The notes: generated by a model not told the origin, from the sequence alone. 64,000 nucleotides of DNA from Sminthopsis crassicaudata (GCF_048593235.1 NC_133617.1:726248958-726312957), one strand, 5' to 3'; positions 25,255-38,084 are shown, counted from the stretch's first letter. Made by a program: numbers and translations.

Positions 25255-26229
25255 TTTTTCTTCTGCCCATGTTAGTTTCCAACCTTAGTTCATTTTTGCT
25301 TCTTTATTTTTTGTCTCTAGGGTAAAATGGAGCCAGATGTTAGGGCTGCTGTCAAATATAGAATTTCACTTCAAGAAGGGTAGAAAACATCATCTCGTCC
25401 AGCCTAAATCAGTATGGGAATCTCCTCTAGAATACAACCAACAAACCTTTGTTGGAAGATCTTCAATGAAGGCCATCTTTCAAGGTAAGCAGTCCATTTT
25501 TCTTTGGGACAGTCTGGTTAAACGTTGTTTTTCTCTGCCATTACGTCTATATTTGATCGTCATCAAACAAAATGTCTGAACTAGGAAGTTCAGGAGACTT
25601 AACTATGTGGAAACATCAGCTGTAGTTAGAATTCAGTTTTAAAACACCTGAAATATCAATGTTGGTCAGCAGGCATGGATACCACCTGAGAAGTCATGAT
25701 ATTAAGATCGAAGCAACATTAATAATGCAACCCCTCTTCTCCACTATGTAGGAGCTTTTTAAAGTAGTTGATCTGGCTTCTCATTCCCTTTCTCCTTGCA
25801 CACATCTCACCCCTCCCCTGCCAAGAGAGATTTCAGCCAATTTAAGGCTGGACAACAGTAAAGGAAGTTAAGGTTCTTCCTTAGGTGCTTTCCCCACATG
25901 AGTTTTCCTAAGCAACATTGATTAGGGAACTTAAAGGCTAAGTGATGAAAGGGGTGTTTTTTAGCCTTCTATGAACTAAGGGTTAGCCCTGACAATTATG
26001 AGAAGGCAAGCTGAAAGAAGACTTCTAGACTGTTAATTGCTGCAAGCCAGAGCAAACATTCATGCTGGGTAAATGCTGACTGGTCATGGTTTATATTGGA
26101 AAGGATTTGACCTGGCAAGCCCCAGAAATGCCCTTTTAGCCTTCTGCATCTCCTTGCTAATGTGAAGCCCCCCTGAACTCTCTGTTCCAGCACTGACTTT
26201 GGTACATATAAGTCTTTAAATAAGGCTAA

Positions 26230-26384
26230 ATAGGAAATCAGGAGGGAAATAAAGGAAATTGAAGAGAGAATAGGAAGTCTATGTCCAGAGATTCTTTTTG
26301 TTCCTTGGAGAAAGGGGTGTATAGATTTATGGGCCTTCTATGGAACTGAGCACATGTTCTCAAAGATTACAGCAGATGGAGATC
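26230..26384. repeat. Direct repeat copy 2 (unclassified ~155 bp)
   Basis: ataggaaatcaggagggaaat...ggaaattgaagagagaataggaag...agcagatggagatc. Confidence 0.9.
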
Positions 26385-26446
26385 CCATACCAGCTGCCAT
26401 TCCATTTCTGGGCTGTCTCCATACCATGTAATTATGCATGTAACTA

Positions 26447-26651
26447 TGTTGTTTTCTACTTGTATCTGACTTTGTGATCCCAGATAGGGTTTTCTTGGAA
26501 AACATGCTGGAGTGTTTTACCATTTCCTTCTCCAGTGGATTAAGAAAATAAAAATTAAGGGACTTGACCAAGGTCATACAACTATTGAATGTCTGAATTT
26601 GAATTCAGGTCTTCCTGATTCCCAGCTATGTGTTCTATCTGTCTAGCTGCC
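26447..26651 (-). mobile_element. RTE-tailed CORE-SINE (MAR1/WALLSI-like)
   Basis: gggttttcttggaaaacatgctggagtgttttaccatttccttctccagtggattaag. Confidence 0.75.
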
Positions 26652-27489
26652 TCTGCATGTAAACTTATTCCATTCCAATTCTCCTTTCTAAATTGTCTTT
26701 CCCCATTGGAATGTAAACTCCTTCAAAGCATAAATTTTCTTATTTGTTTATATTTGCATGTCCCCAGTCCATCCTTCTTAGTGAGATGCTCTCTGAGCAA
26801 AACTTTGCTGTCCTCCACCTTCCCAATCCTGGATCCTGATCTCCCCAGAAGCAGACTCATGGAGTCCCAGGGGCTTTGTCTCTTCCTTCTACAAGACAAT
26901 GCCCTAGAGTTTCCTCCTTCAAAATGAACTGGAATCTGTCTCCTTCTCAAATGTCCAACTCAATTAAAGAGGTTAAATTGGGTGCCTCTCACATTGGAAT
27001 CCTCCACAATCTGACTTCAGCTTACCTTTCCAGATATATTTCATGTAATTTTGCATCATACATTCTATGTTGTAGCCTAAATGGATGATTCATAGTTCCT
27101 CATACTTGGTCAGTCACTTAATGGCTTTGTACTTTTCATCACTGATACCTAGAATACACTTCATTTTCACCTCTGACTCTTTTAATATTTAATTTCTTCA
27201 AGGCTCATTTGAGTCTCCATTACTTTGGGGAAAATTTTCTTTACATGAGTAGTCAGAGCTATAACTAAGGTTAGGTGATCAGAGCTTTTTATCAGCAGCC
27301 TAAAATTAGAGACAGTTTTGACAGCCCTTAAACCTCTTCAGAAATAGAAATTTAAATTTAAAATGATGAATTAAATCTGTTTAAAAAATTAAAATTTAAA
27401 ATTAAATTTAAAAATTTAAATCTAAATTTAGCTAGTTTTTAACAAAAAGAAATAACTATAGTATGAATTTATCAGATAGAATATCCCAC

Positions 27490-27630
27490 ACATGTTGTCT
27501 CTTTGGATGAAATGCAAGCTTCTTGAAGACAGAATCTATCTCATTTTCATCTTTCTATCTTCAGCACCTAACATAGTTCCTGGCACATAGTAGGAAATTT
27601 AAATAAATGCTTTTTTATTGATTGATGGCT
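27490..27630 (+). mobile_element. L2 3' end
   Basis: gcaagcttcttgaagacag...cctggcacatagtagg...taaatgctttttta. Confidence 0.8.
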
Positions 27631-28083
27631 AATAGAACAGACTAGATTACAATAAACTTTTTATGACCAACGTTGAATATTGCTGATAAGGTAAAATCAT
27701 TCCATATTTTCTTCTGTAATAATGATGGGGAAAAGCTAGGTGCTGAAGATACTTCTCAGACACATTCAACTTAGTGATTTAAAAGCCTCTCATCAGTGCT
27801 GTCCACAATTCAGCAAATAATAACTGAGATTAATAAATTTGGATTTTCATTAGAGTTCCATAAAACTTTTCCCCTCTTCACATTATGTTGTCAACATGCT
27901 AATGTATAGCCCTGTGATTTCTTGCCCTGCATAAAATGTGCACATTTCCATATAAATCAGGTATTTTTTTTAAGCATCGTCGTATCTTAGTGCGATGCCA
28001 AGCTGTGAATTTAAATCATAGCATATGTCATACTTATTTGTGCCGACTGTATTTCAAATGACTAACGACTACAATATTAGTGA

Positions 28084-28178
28084 TATAAAATTTGACAAAT
28101 TCTCAACCTGCCGAGTGAGCTGTTATGATAAAAAACTGGGTTAAACAACATCCTTATTGAGGAAGTAATGAGGTGAGT
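28084..28178 (+). promoter_or_regulatory. Candidate TATA promoter, short first exon and 5' splice site
   Basis: TATAAAA at 28084-28090; ATG at 28168; AG|GTGAGT donor at 28172/28173; repeat-free, CpG-retaining context. Confidence 0.35.
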
Positions 28179-29859
28179 TTTGCTGTTTTCCTGATAACCA
28201 TGGATGCTTTGTGTTTACTTGGTGCCCGTAGAAACCATCAACTTGTTATGTAAAGGGAGGTTGGTTGCATTAGCCTGGGTGGCAATGCTACTGGGACTCC
28301 ATGATGGGTTACAACAAAGAGACAAAATAAAATAAAATAAAATAAAATAAAAATCCACGTCTGGGAAGTTGTGTGTCTACTATGCCCTTGATTAATCATT
28401 TAAATTGTTGCTTGTGAAAGCTTGGCATTGTTCAGGTGAATACCCACAATGCATTGATATTAACTTTCCTGTTAAAGGGTTCTTAGTAAGAGTTTCTATG
28501 ATAATATAAGTACACCAAAACATCATGACATTTAGATAGAGAGAGCAGAGAATTGACAGGTACAGGAAGTTGTCTATTGTTTAAAGGGAAATTTTGGAAT
28601 CAGGTTGTAATCACCTCAGTGAATAACAGGCAGGCAGGGTGGGAATCCTAATGAAGAGGAACATTAGGACTTATCAGAATGTTGCTAGTTACTTGAGCTA
28701 TCTAAGATGGCATCCCATCACTTTTTAAGGGTACTAGCCTGATTTTTGCAGTTTTTATAGAACTAATGTTAGAGGTTGCACCTGAAATTTCATTGACATA
28801 GAGAACTCCTTGATGATGAAACTCACTTTCCCAGGACAGATTAAATTTGTTGCTTTAGAGCACTGAAAGTTTAACTTGTGATATGAACAAAATGGGCCAG
28901 AAGCAGGACTGGAATTCACTTTATCTCTTGGTGCCTCAGTTTTTTTTAATCTGCAAAATGTGATTGATTAGGTGCTTTGTAGTTTCCCTCCAACTCTACA
29001 CTTAACTTAAAATCCAGTTTCATGAATTTAATATGTATTAATGGCAGCCCAGTTACAACACTTTTTCCCCCAGGGACAAACTGCAGTGATCAACTTTGGA
29101 AAAGCTGATTAGCTGCCAGGATTTGGTATCTCTTACTTATAAGATGAGGGGGATGGATTAGATTAATCAATCAATCAGTCAATCAAACTTTAATTGGTAC
29201 CTACTCTCTTCAACTGGCTATGCTAAGAAATTTGCCTTACTCTAAATTATGATCCTTTGAAATTCTGGTAAAAGTAGAAGCAGCTTTGTGATTTCTGAAG
29301 TTCATTTCTACAAACTAGTTCTTTCATGGTGAAACATATGGGCAAATGCATCTTGCATTATAGCAGACAGCTCTTGCTAAGTCTGTTAAAAAAAAAATTA
29401 TGCCATTATTCCCAAAGAGAATCATTCCAGTAGTCACAGGCAATCTGGTAACCAGCCATGGGAAAAGTTATAGGAGATAGAAAAACTTTTGGTTTCATGT
29501 GATCAGTTGGCTTTGTGTCCAGGAGAAAGAAACAGGTACATTTTGGTGGTGAGTAAGATCTACTTAGAGCTGACATTATAATTCATTATTAAGGGTCTTC
29601 CATGCCCCAGGTTCTATACTATGTAACAGGGGGGTCATAGAAGTCATACCTGTCCCATATGGCCTTGACTAGTATTTTCTCTAAAAAGTATTGAAATTTA
29701 ATTGGTCCTTAGAATTGAGTCTCAAATATTGATTTGACTTCCTGATTTCTATTCAGAAAAAAATTTAGGTCAGGAGGCTTCTCACTACCATGGCAAATGG
29801 AAATACAGGAAAGCTGTATCCAACTGAATCAATGTGACATATTCAATAAATATCCTTTC

Positions 29860-30120
29860 TATGTAGTTGGTAAATAAACTTCTTTTTATTAATACTGGCC
29901 TTCCCCAAGCCTTCTTAATTCTAGTACCTTTCCCTAATTAAGTATCTCCTAATTATCTTATAGCTTTTTTTGTATACATTTGCTTGCATATTCTCTTCCC
30001 CATTAGATTGTAAACTCCTCAAGAGTAGATTGTCTTTTGCATTATTTTTGCATCTCCAACATTTAGCACAATACCTAGAACTTGGTAGGTGATTAATAAA
30101 TGTTTGTTGATTGATTTATT
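29860..30120 (+). mobile_element. L2 3' end
   Basis: cccattagattgtaaactcctcaagag...tttagcacaatacctaga...aataaatgtttgttgattg. Confidence 0.8.
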
Positions 30121-30129
30121 GCGATCAAG

Positions 30130-30330
30130 TATCATGGAGCTCTTTGATAGTATAATAAAGCCAATGGGATCCTTTTCAGAATATTTTTGAATAATTAATA
30201 ATCCACATGAATAACTATAGTAATAATATTTACTATAAATAAAATCAAATGCATAGGATTACCAAAGCAATCAATTATATTGAAATATAGTTATCAATTA
30301 AAAATTATAAAACTCAGGTAAAGAGACACA
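30130..30330 (+). mobile_element. hAT/Charlie-type MITE remnant
   Basis: aagccaatgggatccttttcagaat...gcataggattaccaaagcaatcaattatattgaaatatagttatc. Confidence 0.55.
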
Positions 30331-31154
30331 GGTCTATAATATTTATCTAAATGCCTCTCAATTTATTTAATCATGGACAGGCTTACAATTGGGTACATTT
30401 AGGGCTGGCTGAATGACCAGATTAGATGATCAGAGTATCTCATTTAGTTCTAGTCTTAAATCTGAACTACCAAATTGGCTTTAGTTAAGTATGAATTAGA
30501 ACACTGGAAAATAAAGTGAAAAAAGGAATAGTCCCTGACCTCTTGGAGCTTACATTCTCCTGTGGAGAACCACAATACAATACAAAGGAAAGGTAGAGTG
30601 ATTTTAGGTCCAAGAAAGTCATATACAGAAGATGGCTTCTAAACTAAATCCTGAACATCAAAGAGATCATTTCCATTTAAAGGGGTTATTCTAGTCTCTG
30701 ATGGGAAGAAAAGGAAACTATGTCAGCAGGCAAAAAATGAAGTCATATTCCTCAACTACTCCAGGCAGTTGAAAAATCAGTGTATGGCATTAATCATCAT
30801 TGTGTTTTCCAGTTTGCTCAACTGGAGGGTTCTTACATATATACACTTTATAAATTCAGGCAACTTTTAATCAATAAGTAAATAATTCTGATCACAGTAG
30901 GTAGACTGAAGCAGGTAGTAGAGTTAATTGTGGGATTTTTATACATTTCTTTAAATGTTTTTTCTCTTGGCTTTTCAAAAGAAGTGTCTCCTTCTTAAAG
31001 TTTCTGGGATGCATTATTCTGCCCTACTGGTCATTTCAAAACCAGTTATGTTAGTACCCCAGACAAACTTGTCAAACCAAGGCAGTGCTCCATAATTCAG
31101 AATGAATTCTCTTCTGTGTTCTAACATTATTCCTATTCTTTCCAAACAGTTCAT

Positions 31155-31390
31155 TAGATTTAGGAGGAATATGAGAGATAATGTAGCATAGCGAATAGAA
31201 CACAGATTTCATGATCAAGTCCTGTTCATGAAGCATATTAGCTTTGTGAGCTTGGGCAATCATTGAACATCTAAGCACCACAGACAACTCTCTGAGATTA
31301 GAAATCATGCAGAGGTATCAATAGATGGAGTTTCATCATCTGGAATTCCATGTGATTAGTGCAATCACAGGTCTAGGTCCTATCCTCTGC
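31155..31390 (+). mobile_element. MIR3/Mar3-like SINE
   Basis: cacagacaactctctgagattagaaatc...aatcacaggtctaggtcctatc tail. Confidence 0.6.
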
Positions 31391-31499
31391 AAATTAGTTT
31401 ACACTGTGAAAAATTGCTCTATTTAACCTATTGACTCTGGAGGTATAGTTGATTCAATAACCATTTATGTCTGCAATTAAATGGTTGAGGAATGAAGGA

Positions 31500-32774
31500 C
31501 AGTTAAAGGTAAAGGGGAAAGGGAAAGATACGCCCAACTAAATGCAGAATTCTAGAGGTAGCAAAGAGAGATAAAAAGGCTTTTTTAAAATAAGCAATGT
31601 AAAAAAAATAGAAAACAATAGAATGGGAAAGACAAGAGATCTCTTCAAGAAAATTAGAGATATCAAGGGAATATTTCATGCAAAAATGGGCATGATAAAA
31701 GACAAAAATGGTAGGGATTTGATAGAAACAGAAGAAATTAAGATGAGTTGGTAAGTACACACAAAAGATCTAAACATCACCTATAATCACAATGTAGTTA
31801 TTGATCTAGTGCCAGACATCTTGGATAATGATATCGGGTAAGAGGGCCATAAGAAATATTTCCAACAATAAGACTCAATAAGTCTGGTGAAGATGATAGA
31901 CTTTTGGCTAAACTATTTCAAAATTTTAAAAGATGATGCTATTTAAGAGCTGTATTTAACATACTAACAAATTTGAAAAACTCAATAGTGGCCACTGAAT
32001 TGGAAAAAGATAAATGTACATCTTAATCCAGAGAAAGGCAATGCTAGGGAATATTCAAAGTACTTTACAATTGTATTTATTTCACACACCAGCAAAGTTA
32101 TGTTTATGTTCTGTCAGCTAGGCTTCAGTAATATGTGAACTGAGAATTACCCCCCAAAAACATGCTAGGTTTTTAAGAGGCAGAGGAACTAGAGACCAAA
32201 TTGCCAATATTCACCATATGATAGAAAAAGTAAAGGAATTCCAGAAAAAGAAAAGAAAACACAAGCACTTACTTCTGCCTTATTGGCTACATTACAACCT
32301 TTGACTGTATCATTCACAAAAAATGTGCCAAGTTCTCAAACAGATCCAAGTATCAGATTATCTTATTTAACTTCTGAGAAACCTGTATGCAGGCAAGGAA
32401 CAAAAGTTAGAATAATAAGGAAAAAATGATTGGTTTAAGATTGGAAAAGGAGTATAGAAAAACTGTGTATTGCCAGCTTATTTATTTAGCTTATATGCAG
32501 AGTACATAATGTGAAATGACGGATGGATGAATCAAAAGGCATAATTACAGTTGCCAGGAAAACTATCAATGATCTCAGATATGCAGATGACACCACTCTG
32601 ATGGCAGGAAGTTAGAGGAATTAAAAAAGTTTCTTGATGAAGATGAAAGAAGAAAGTATAAAAGTGACTTGAAGCTTAACATCAAACAAATAAGCAAACA
32701 AAAACTAAGATCTTGACAACTGTCAAATAGAGGGAAAAGAAATGGAAGCAGTGTCAGATTTTATAAAAGCTCTC
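31500..32774 (+). mobile_element. Bov-B (RTE clade) LINE fragment including the RT core; ends at an N gap
   Basis: KGKGERYAQLNAEF...NNRMGKTRDLFKKIRDIKGIFHAKMGMIKDKNG; RYADDTTLMA with YADD at 32580-32591; several stops and frameshifts. Confidence 0.92.
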
Positions 32775-35255
32775 NNNNNNNNNNNNNNNNNNNNNNNNNN
32801 NNNNNNNNNNNNNNNNNNNNNNNNNNNNNNNNNNNNNNNNNNNNNNNNNNNNNNNNNNNNNNNNNNNNNNNNNNNNNNNNNNNNNNNNNNNNNNNNNNNN
32901 NNNNNNNNNNNNNNNNNNNNNNNGTCTGTAGGTGTGTGTATGATTCTCAAGTACTTCAGGAGTAACATCTTCAACTGTATTGAAACAGTACAGTATTAAA
33001 AAAACATGCTCTGGAATTGAAGGAGTTCTGATTTTCAGTCATAACTCTGGTACCTACTAGCATTAAGCATAGGCAAATAATTTTATTCCCAAGAGTCTGT
33101 TTTCTTATCTGTTACATGGCATCATAATAGTCATACTTCCCACTTCATAGATTAATGAAGAAAGTTCTTTGAAAATTATGAGGCAATAGATAAATGTTTT
33201 CTAATATAATTACTGCAGATAAATGATATTATAATTATTTTTTTTCTTTCATACAGGCTAACTTGAATTATATACCCCTGGGATTGTTGATCAACTCAGA
33301 TGTCCCATTCTAGAGTCATCATTTACCCCCCAAGATATTAATGCTAGATAAGAGATTCATTGAAGATTCCAAAGAAAGTTATGAAGCTTAAAGTATTACT
33401 AGATTTCATGATCTCCTATCTTCTAGATGAGGTTCTCTTTTCACATAATTGCTATATGTGATTGGAGTGACCCCAGTAAATAAATTCAGGAACCTGGAAT
33501 TTCTACTTCCTGTTTTCTTTTGAATGCTTTCCCTTCAAAAAGTTCGAGCAAAACCTATTCCCTTTCCGCAAAACGAAAATAACATGGCTAGAGATAGGAG
33601 AATCATGGTTTAGTGGTTGGAGGAACAGACTTTGACCTCAGAAAACTCTGAATTCAAGTCTTTTTTTTTTTTTTTTTGTAATATATACCATGTATTTGAG
33701 CAGGTGGTGAATCACTCATCATTCAGGGCCCTGGAACATTTTCAAAACTCTAAATTATCAGCTAGTTGATTATGTGAAGTAATGGAGGGATTTTCCAAAC
33801 TGACAATTCTCCAAGCCATATGAAATAACAGGTCTGTACTTTCTCTTGTAGGCAATAGTCAACTACTAAATCTTTTTCATACATATTGGGATACATTCTA
33901 TTAATCTGAAGACCTCAGGCATTTAGAATACCACTAATATGGCTTCCTTTCCCCCATCCCCTTAAGGGACTCTTTCAGAGCCTAGAAAGCACTGGGGTGG
34001 ATTACAGTGGCCTTTAGCCATTTCCTTCCTATGTTTAGCCTCAATAAAATCTCTTTAACTAAGCAATTGTTTGGCCGGCTGGTGTTTTCTACATGGCTGG
34101 TTTAACAGGGAATCGGCATATTGATTAGAGTAGGGAAAATTATCCCAGGAACAGAAGGGTTGGAAATTGCTTAAAATGTAAACAGAACATTTGATTCTGT
34201 ACAAAACAATAAAGGCCACTGGCAGACCACCCATTCTCATAGTCATCACCCTTCCTTCCCTTACCCAGCAACCTCACTTCTATTCCAAACATTTTGAGCA
34301 AGTGAAATCTTTCTCTCTGCAAAAGACATCTGCCATCCATGAATTGAAATGGAAGCACCTGATACATTATTCAGTTTAGTTCAACAAACATTTGTTAAGC
34401 ACCTACTTTATGCAAGAGAATGTGTCATGTTCTAGGTAAGTCATGAAATATGGATGCTAACTCTCAAGAAGCTTACCTCTAACTGGAAATGATACACCAA
34501 ATCTGCAGATTAGTAATTGCTCAGTAGGTATAAAATAATAATGAGAGGATGAGAGCAACAGGCTGGAGGAGGATTTTAAGAGCTGATCTTTCTACAATCA
34601 ACCAAAAAGCATTCATTAACCACCTACTGTTTGTCAGATACTATGCTAGGGACTGATGAAACTGGATCTGTTTTCAATGAGCTTACATTCTATTGGTCAG
34701 TACCATGGTTATTTATTCTCAATTAGATAATTCTATCAATAAAAGAAAATAGTTTACAATAAACAATTCTTGTAAACCAAAGTTTTCTTCTAGTGATTGC
34801 AGTGAGATCAATTTAATTCCTTCACATAATAGACAATTTTATCATTTCTGTTCTGCATTAAAAGCTACTTAGAAATGAAGAAAATATTGGAAGATATACC
34901 ACAAAGAGGTCCTTTTACTTATGGAATCACATTGCAGATAATGTTTATGAAGAGGTTGCATCACACCTGGCTGTAAGGGTTCAATTTTCTCAGAAAGGAA
35001 AAGTCCAAAAAGGAAAGTTATTCAGACAAAATTTCTCACATATTCTATGATATGGATTCCTCTGCACCAATATACTCCAGTCTCATCTGATTCACTTTCT
35101 GCAGTATACCCCATAATAAAATAGTCTTGAATAGTCTAATCAAAGAGACTTGAGTTAGAATTTCTCTTGGATGCACTTTATCTGTTATCTGAAGACAGTC
35201 ATAAGGGAGGAAGGAAGTTGTAGCCTTTAGGGCTATTTGCTTGTTGCCTTTATAG

Positions 35256-35370
35256 CTCACTTGTTCTGGCAACCTTAGATTCAATATGGAATGTCAAAAG
35301 GAGCTTCATCTTGCCCGTGTACATTTCATGGTGTCCAGTAATCGCTCTGAGCCAGAAAGGATCTTCTAAA
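35256..35370 (+). other. Candidate internal exon, 115 nt, unassigned
   Basis: Pyrimidine tract tttgcttgttgcctttatAG, donor AAA|GTAAGT, one open frame, non-repetitive context. Confidence 0.25.
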
Positions 35371-35729
35371 GTAAGTGCTTTTGACCACATAACATGAATG
35401 GTTGAGTGAATGCAGGCAGGCAGTTAGCAACATTAAACATTAACAGTGTCAGAGTTGTGAAGAAACTACAGAGGGAAGGGAAGTTCAAGAAAACCTATGG
35501 GCTTTTAATAAAGTACTCAACAATTCTATTAAGAAAAAAATAAACCAACAAATCCCCTTCAAAATGCACATTACAAAAAATGCTAGTGGCCAATGCCTTG
35601 CAAATAGTAGGTGCTTAATAAAAGTTTTTGTTATGGAATTAAATTATTGAAGGAGTCCTCTCATTTTAGAGACCAGAAAATCAAAGTTCACAATGGGTAA
35701 CTGACTTCTTGAAAGTCATACAATTATTC

Positions 35730-36320
35730 AATAGTAAAAGTAGCTAAGTGATTCAATAGATATTACTGGAACTGGAGTCAAGAAGATCTTAATTTGAATC
35801 CGGCCTCATCCACTTATTTAACAATCTGTTGGATCCTGGGCAAGTCAATTCATCTCTACTTTAGTTCCTTCATCTGCAAAATGGGGCTAATAATAGCAGC
35901 TACCTTCCAGGTTTGTTGTTAGACCCAAATGAAATAATATTTGCAAAAAGCTTTGCAAGCCCAAGTGCTATAAAATGCTAACTGTTAAATAACAGGGGCA
36001 GCTAAATACCATGATAGATAGAGTGGCAGATCTAAAGTCATAAAGATTCATCTTTCTGCATTCAAATATGGACTCAGGTACTTAACTGCTTGTATGACTC
36101 TTGGTAAGTCATTTAACCCTAGTTGCCTCAATTTCCTCATTTATAAAATGATCTAGGGAAGGAAATGGCAAACCAATCCAGCATGTTAGCCAAGAAAACC
36201 CCAAAGGAGGACCATAACAGCTCAACAGCAACAGCAACAATAGTAATAAATAAGATATTTGTAACATACTTATTATAGTGCCTGGTATACAGAAAGAACT
36301 TGATAAACACTTATTTTCTT
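35730..36320 (+). mobile_element. MIR with a MAR1-like SINE (35995-36240) inserted in its tail
   Basis: Two tRNA-like heads; second ends gaaggaaatggcaaaccaatccagc...gccaagaaaacccc. Confidence 0.75.
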
Positions 36321-36321
36321 C

Positions 36322-36327
36322 ATGATA

Positions 36328-36371
<44 letters not shown>
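36322..36371. repeat. (ATG)n trinucleotide microsatellite
   Basis: Pure ATG run at 36328-36371. Confidence 0.95.
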
Positions 36372-36374
36372 ATC

Positions 36375-36930
36375 AGGAAACAAAGCAAAGAGAAGCTTGG
36401 AATGAGAAGAGATTGTAATCAGATAAAGGATCTTCAAGAGAATTAATGATCATGAAAGTGGGGCACTTATAGTTGATGACACAATCTAGGGTGTGATGAC
36501 CTTTGTGTGCAACTTTATGTGTCACTAAGATGGAGAGGAGAAATTGGCCTAGGGACTGAACAAGATGAGAAACTTGGAATATTACCATGTATGTTGACAC
36601 ACTCTATAATGATGGCAGAAGTTATAGAGAACTAGATATTGAATTCATTGAGAAAGAAAAAAAGAATATATTGAGAGATGGTAGATATTACCTGGATCAG
36701 TAGAAGTAGTTTCATAATAATCTCAAAATATTGGAAAGGAGACATTTTCAGAGTGTTTGAGGGATGATGTTTGAGGGAGATTCAAAAAGTATCAATGGGG
36801 AGCATGGAATATTCCAATTTTTAAGATTAGTGAATAAAGTACTACAAGAAAAGTTGCAGTCAGTATTGGGAAGAAGATGATTATCCAGGCTAAGGAGCCT
36901 CTTAGTGAGGGTCAGAAGGTAGAAGGAGAA
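36375..36930 (-). mobile_element. L2-like ORF2 fragment, very decayed
   Basis: Purine-rich plus strand of the kind seen in antisense L2 bodies; no clear motif. Confidence 0.35.
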
Positions 36931-37019
36931 TTTCTAAATTATACATATTCTCTTTACCTCTCTGCAGAAATCTTCTCCATTGCTTTATGTGTTGTCACTG
37001 ATATTCCTTCTCAGCAAAG

Positions 37020-37650
37020 CTCAGTTGGTAGGGACCTCAGAAGCCACCAATTCTAATCTGTCCCCAAGCTAAAATTCCCTTTGTTATGTCACTGACAAGC
37101 AAGAGTCTTGGTTCCACTTAAAAGTAGAAAACTTACTACCTCCTGATGCAGCCTATGTCTACCTTTTGACATCTCCAAAGGTCAGAATTGTTTTCATTTC
37201 ATTAAAATGAAACTATGCTCCTCTCTGCAACTCTTTCCCCCAAACCCCATTGCTTCTCTGGGGTCAGCAGAACAAGTCTTGTCTGTCTTATGCTAGACAA
37301 TTCTTTAAATATTTGAAGACTGCCATTGTTTCCCCATAAATTTCTCTCTTATTCTCTCTAGTTCCTTCAACCATGTCATTGGCCCTCTTCAAGAACTAAG
37401 GACAATAGCCTCAGACCCCTCATTATTTTGGTTTCCCTGCTTGGACACAGCCTAGATTTATCAGTATCCATCCTAAAATGTGGTAGCCAGAACTCCATAT
37501 CATATTCCAGATGTAATTTCAACAAAGTAAAGTATAGGGGGCCAGTCTGCTTCTTATTTCTGGATACTCTCTACGTTGTTCAATGAAGCCTAATACTGAA
37601 TTTGCTTCTTTGGTTGCCATATCACACTGTTCATTCACATTGAGCTTGAA
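37020..37650 (-). mobile_element. CR1/L3 ORF2 3' fragment
   Basis: aaatatttgaagactgcc, aaaatgtggtagccagaactccatatcatattccagatg, tcacactgttcattcacattgagcttgaagtcc. Confidence 0.8.
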
Positions 37651-38080
37651 GTCCACTTCTTTTGCTTCAGCTCTTTTCTCTGAATTTTAGGATTTTCCTG
37701 CCATTGTTTGACTCTCCAGGAGTTATCATTTTATGAAAAAGCCAGATTACACAGCAAGAAATAACTATAAATGTAAACCAATAGACTTACCCATAAGCCT
37801 ATTTCAGAAACATCACTTCCATTAAGCATTAAACACTTCTTCAGCCCAACAAAGTAGAATTATTATCCAGGATCTTGGGGCACAATGGACTTAATTAGCA
37901 TGATGTGCTTGTGCAATGGAGAAAAGAGAAGAGATAGGGTGATAGTCCAATGGATAGCTAATGGGATTTGTCTGCTTTCTGCTAAATCTTAGGAGGCCAG
38001 TCCATACTGATAGTGCACTATTTTCAAAGTGGCAAGGACCTGGGAAAATAAAGGATAATTAAAAGCCCCTGACTTGGATA

Positions 38081-38084
<4 letters not shown>

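Noticed and set aside
25290-25385. Strong acceptor at 25319-25320 followed by MEPDVRAAVKYRISLQE; similar lone acceptors at 4758-4759, 33255-33256 and 49549-49550
   Set aside because: No strong matching donor and no recognisable protein; pyrimidine-AG strings are common in AT-rich DNA
27340-27440. AAATTT palindromic run (cruciform or MAR-like)
   Set aside because: Low-complexity A/T sequence, expected in this genome
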